Shown here: piece after piece, positions 61,135 through 64,000 of the stretch
Layout: each line of letters starts with the position of its first letter
How positions within the stretch are numbered: the stretch's first letter is position 1
Assembly: GCA_036396535.1 (NCBI GenBank)
Contig: DASWKR010000058.1
Span: forward strand, 5,411 to 69,410
Direction: 5' to 3'
Length of the DNA: 64,000 nucleotides
Origin: Acidimicrobiia bacterium
Lineage (GTDB): Bacteria; Actinomycetota; Acidimicrobiia; Spongiisociales; UBA5794
Translations under genes and position numbers: made by a program
Notes under the pieces: generated by a model
Database searches by the model: none
Told to the model about the DNA's origin: nothing
Seen by the model: only the letters and a program-made list of their open reading frames with translations

Positions 61135-61189
61135 GCCTCGCCGCCGCCCCTCCACCGTCGACGATGGAACCGGCCGAGGGGAGACGCCC

Positions 61190-61870
61190 ATGACCGATGT
61201 CGAGCGCTTCCGGCTGGAGAACGTGTCGACCCGTCCGGGAACCGCCGTCGACGTGGTCAGGGACGTCCTGCGGGTCGCCATCCTGCGCGGGGATCTGCCC
61301 GGCGGCACCCGGCTCGTGCAGACGGAGATCGCAAACCGGCTCGGCGTGAGCACGACTCCGGTGCGTGAGGCGATGCGCGACCTCGCCGCCGAAGGTCTCG
61401 TGATGATGGACAGCCACCGAATCGGGACGGTCAGGACACCCGACTGGGACGAGATGGTCGAGATCGTCGAGATCCGGCATGCGTTGGAGCATGTCGCCCT
61501 CGCTCGGGCCATCGAGAACATCGCCGAGGACGAGATGGAGGCCGCCAGGGCCCTCGCAGACGAGCTCGCCGTGGAGGAGGACCTGGGGACCTGGATGCAC
61601 AAGAACATCCAGTTTCACTCCATCCTCCACTCGGCGACGAGGACGAGACGGCTGGGTGGGATCCTGGCGTCGCTCGAGGAGGCCGGGGGCGTGTTCGTTG
61701 CGCAGTCGCAGGTCCTCAACCCCGAGATCCGGAGTCGCGCCGTCGCCGAGCACTTCGAGATCCTCGAAGCGGTGGCCGAACGCGACCTCGAGCGTGCGGT
61801 CGAGATCATGCGAGGCCACGTCAAGCTCTCGATCGAGGTCTCGGACGCCCAGGCGGGGACGGTTCGCTGA
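61190..61870 (+). CDS. GntR-family transcriptional regulator (FadR/FCD subfamily)
   Basis: An N-terminal winged HTH (RLVQTEIANRLGVSTTPVREAMRDL) is followed by an FCD-type C-terminal domain. GAGGGGAG lies upstream. Confidence 0.85.
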   Translation: MTDVERFRLENVSTRPGTAVDVVRDVLRVAILRGDLPGGTRLVQTEIANRLGVSTTPVREAMRDLAAEGLVMMDSHRIGTVRTPDWDEMVEIVEIRHALEHVALARAIENIAEDEMEAARALADELAVEEDLGTWMHKNIQFHSILHSATRTRRLGGILASLEEAGGVFVAQSQVLNPEIRSRAVAEHFEILEAVAERDLERAVEIMRGHVKLSIEVSDAQAGTVR

Positions 61871-61897
61871 GCACGACCGACCGAGCCTCTCCGGGCG

Positions 61898-62671
61898 TCA
61901 CCAGACGTCGGCGAAGTCCTCCCTCGTGGCCGCCATCCCCGCGGTGACCAGCTTCACGTCGTTCGTCGCCGAGACGAGCGTGCATCCCTTGGCGACCATC
62001 AGGGAGGCGTAGGCGGCGTTCGGGGTCACCGCCCCCCAACGCTTCCCGTTCGAGCTGCACGCCGCAGAGACCATGTCGACCGCGGCCAGGCACTTCTCGT
62101 GGGTGAAGTCGCCGAGCACGCCGAGCGCCTGGCTGAGGTCGGATGGGCCGACGAACAGGAAATCGACCCCGTCGATCGCCGCGATGGCGTCGACCTCCTC
62201 CACCGCTCCCATCGTCTCGATCTGGATGCCGACGAGCGTCTCGTCGTTTGACCGACTCGCGAACTGGGCCATCGGGAGTGATCCGTAGGCGCCGTCGTGG
62301 CCGAGCGGGTTGAGCCCACGCCGTCCCCTGGGGGCGAACTTCGCCCACTGGACGAACTCCTCGGCGTGCTCCGCAGACGTGATCTGGGCTGCCATCACCC
62401 CGACGGCGCCGCTCTCGAAGCAGCGCGTCACGGTTGCATAGTCCGTGGGAGGCACCCTGACGAAGCTCTGCAGGCCGTGAGCGTCGCCTGCCGCCACGGC
62501 GATCTCGACGTCCCTGACGGTCAGGCCGGCGTGCTCAACGTCGATCCAGAACCCGTCGAAGGCACCCGTAATACCGAGGTAGCGGATGACGTTGTGGTGC
62601 ATCATCCTGCCGACCGAAAAGACGACGAGCCGATCGCCTCGCTGCAGCCGTGCCTTGAGAGTCTCAGACAT
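61898..62671 (-). CDS. HpcH/HpaI-family 2-keto-3-deoxy-acid aldolase
   Basis: From ATG 62671 (GGAGGACAG upstream) the product is MSETLKARLQRGDRLVVFSV...DGFWIDVEHA...FVGPSDLS, a class II pyruvate aldolase of HpcH/HpaI type. Confidence 0.8.
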   Translation of the reverse strand: MSETLKARLQRGDRLVVFSVGRMMHHNVIRYLGITGAFDGFWIDVEHAGLTVRDVEIAVAAGDAHGLQSFVRVPPTDYATVTRCFESGAVGVMAAQITSAEHAEEFVQWAKFAPRGRRGLNPLGHDGAYGSLPMAQFASRSNDETLVGIQIETMGAVEEVDAIAAIDGVDFLFVGPSDLSQALGVLGDFTHEKCLAAVDMVSAACSSNGKRWGAVTPNAAYASLMVAKGCTLVSATNDVKLVTAGMAATREDFADVW

Positions 62672-62759
62672 CTGTCCTCCGATCAGAGAGCGCCTTCGGC
62701 AGAATGTATGATGCACTATCGCCCCCCGGCCGCATCCGGCCCCGCGAGAAGGACCTCGA

Positions 62760-63761
62760 ATGCCCACGATCGACATGCATGCCCACGTCACTCCGGAGCG
62801 CTACAAGCAGGCGATTCAACGGCGAGGCGAGTGGTACGGGCTCGACGGGCGAGCCGGTGAGTTGAGTCGCGGTGGCTTTGCAAAGTCGATCGATGAGCGG
62901 CTCGTCGAGATGGACTCGCTCGGGGTCGACATGCAGCTCGTGACCCCGACGGTCGGCTTCTACCAGTACGACAGAGATGCGGAGGCCGCTGCGCGGATCC
63001 ACAGGGAGTGCAACGACGAGATCGCCGAGATCGTCGAACGGCACCCGACCCGTTTCGCGGGCTTGGCGATCGTGCCGATGCAGGACCCTGCGAGAGCGAT
63101 CGCCGAGATGGAGCGAGTCGTCGTAGACATGGGCTTTCGCGGAGTCGTGCTCAGCGACCACGTCGGCCCGAGGACGTACGACGAGCGGGAGTTCCTGCCG
63201 TTCTTCAAAGCCGCCGAGGAGCTCGGAGCCATCCTCTTCTTCCACCAGGGTGCCGACACGTGCATCGACTTCAGGATCACCCGCTACAAGCTCGGCAACG
63301 CGGTCGGCAACCTCACCGAACGGACACTCGTGTACGCCACGCTCGTGTTCGGCGGAGTCATGGACAGCTGCCCCGACCTGAAGCCGCTGCTCGCCCACGG
63401 CGGCGGGTACGTTCCATACGGGATCGCTCGCATGGACAAGGTCGCCGGTGCCCTCGAGGGCGCCACGGGCCGAGCACTGCAGCCGCCGTTCGCCGAAGAC
63501 GACGGCTTCCGCCAGGTCCTGCCGCCGAGTGACTACCTGGGCCGGTTCTTCTACGACTGCTGCACGTACAGCGGGCCGGTTCTTCGCTTCCTCATCGACA
63601 CGGTCGGGATCGATCGAGTGGTGCTCGGCACCGATTACCCGGCGCCGATGTTCCTGCGCGACCCCGTGAGGTGGGTGCGGGGCTTGCCGGAGCTCACCGA
63701 AGCCGAGAAGGGCGCCATCCTCACCGACAATCCGATGACGCTGCTCGGTGTGACCTCGTGA
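62760..63761 (+). CDS. amidohydrolase-2 family protein (ACMSD/sugar-lactonase-like metal-dependent hydrolase)
   Basis: The product has the MHAHV metal-binding start and a TIM-barrel amidohydrolase_2 pattern. GAGAAGGA lies upstream. Confidence 0.8.
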   Translation: MPTIDMHAHVTPERYKQAIQRRGEWYGLDGRAGELSRGGFAKSIDERLVEMDSLGVDMQLVTPTVGFYQYDRDAEAAARIHRECNDEIAEIVERHPTRFAGLAIVPMQDPARAIAEMERVVVDMGFRGVVLSDHVGPRTYDEREFLPFFKAAEELGAILFFHQGADTCIDFRITRYKLGNAVGNLTERTLVYATLVFGGVMDSCPDLKPLLAHGGGYVPYGIARMDKVAGALEGATGRALQPPFAEDDGFRQVLPPSDYLGRFFYDCCTYSGPVLRFLIDTVGIDRVVLGTDYPAPMFLRDPVRWVRGLPELTEAEKGAILTDNPMTLLGVTS

Positions 63762-64000
63762 GTCGCCGGCTCGGGTGGGGCATCGTCGGGCTCGGCAACA
63801 TCGCCCGCGGCACGATCGCCCCGATCCTCGCCACCGAACCGGACTGCGCCATCGCCGCAGTCACCAGCCGCGACCAAGGAAGGGCGGACGCCTTCGCCGC
63901 CGAGTTCAGTGCCCAGGGCGCATACACCGACTATGCGGAGATGCTGGGGGACCCGTCGGTCGAGGCGGTGTTCATCGCAACTCCGAACGCCTTGCACGCC
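63758..64000 (+). CDS. Gfo/Idh/MocA-family NAD(P)-dependent oxidoreductase, N-terminal part (runs off window end)
   Basis: GTG overlaps the upstream stop (GTGA). WGIVGLGNIARGTIAPIL is the Rossmann N-terminus typical of this family. Confidence 0.7.
   Translation, partial: MSRRLGWGIVGLGNIARGTIAPILATEPDCAIAAVTSRDQGRADAFAAEFSAQGAYTDYAEMLGDPSVEAVFIATPNALHA

Overview
This is a 64 kb segment of a GC-rich (strong GC3 bias) actinobacterial-type chromosome with dense coding on both strands. No rRNA, tRNA, CRISPR array, transposase or integrase was found. The ORF track marks GTG and TTG starts as M. It also lists long, Arg/Asp/Gly-rich antisense ORFs opposite real genes, which are typical high-GC artefacts; these were rejected on amino-acid composition.

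Left third (1-22.4 kb, nearly all minus strand): a conserved housekeeping array in which many genes are joined by 4-nt ATGA/GTGA start-stop overlaps. The order is apt (partial), secF, secD, yajC, tgt, queA, ruvB, ruvA, ruvC, a hybrid sensor kinase, yebC, pdxT, pdxS, enoyl-CoA hydratase, pimA, a PatA-like acyltransferase, pgsA, then gltA (plus strand), a small membrane protein, an MMPL transporter and thrS. This matches the Mycobacterium-like thrS-pgsA1-pimA ... pdxST-yebC-ruvCAB-yajC-secDF-apt neighbourhood, with local insertions.

Middle (22.6-45.5 kb) is accessory-like. It contains an APH-fold kinase-like protein with Asn at both catalytic Asp positions, mshD, patatin, a DivIVA-domain protein and a lone Flp pilin. 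It also has TrpB2 next to a SAM methyltransferase, acyltransferase-3, a LigB/LigA-type extradiol dioxygenase, an ECF sigma factor with a DUF4349 anti-sigma factor, an MttB-family methyltransferase and a Dpp-type ABC transporter.

At 45.6-53.8 kb are two translationally coupled giant ORFs (1497 aa and 1257 aa) with no recognisable domain. This pair is the best candidate for an undescribed system. A DUF2905 gene and a perfect palindrome lie just upstream.

Right end (54.2-64 kb): dimethylglycine-dehydrogenase-like enzyme, a sugar ABC uptake system with no ATPase gene and a strong intercistronic hairpin, and a GntR-regulated putative non-phosphorylative sugar-acid pathway.
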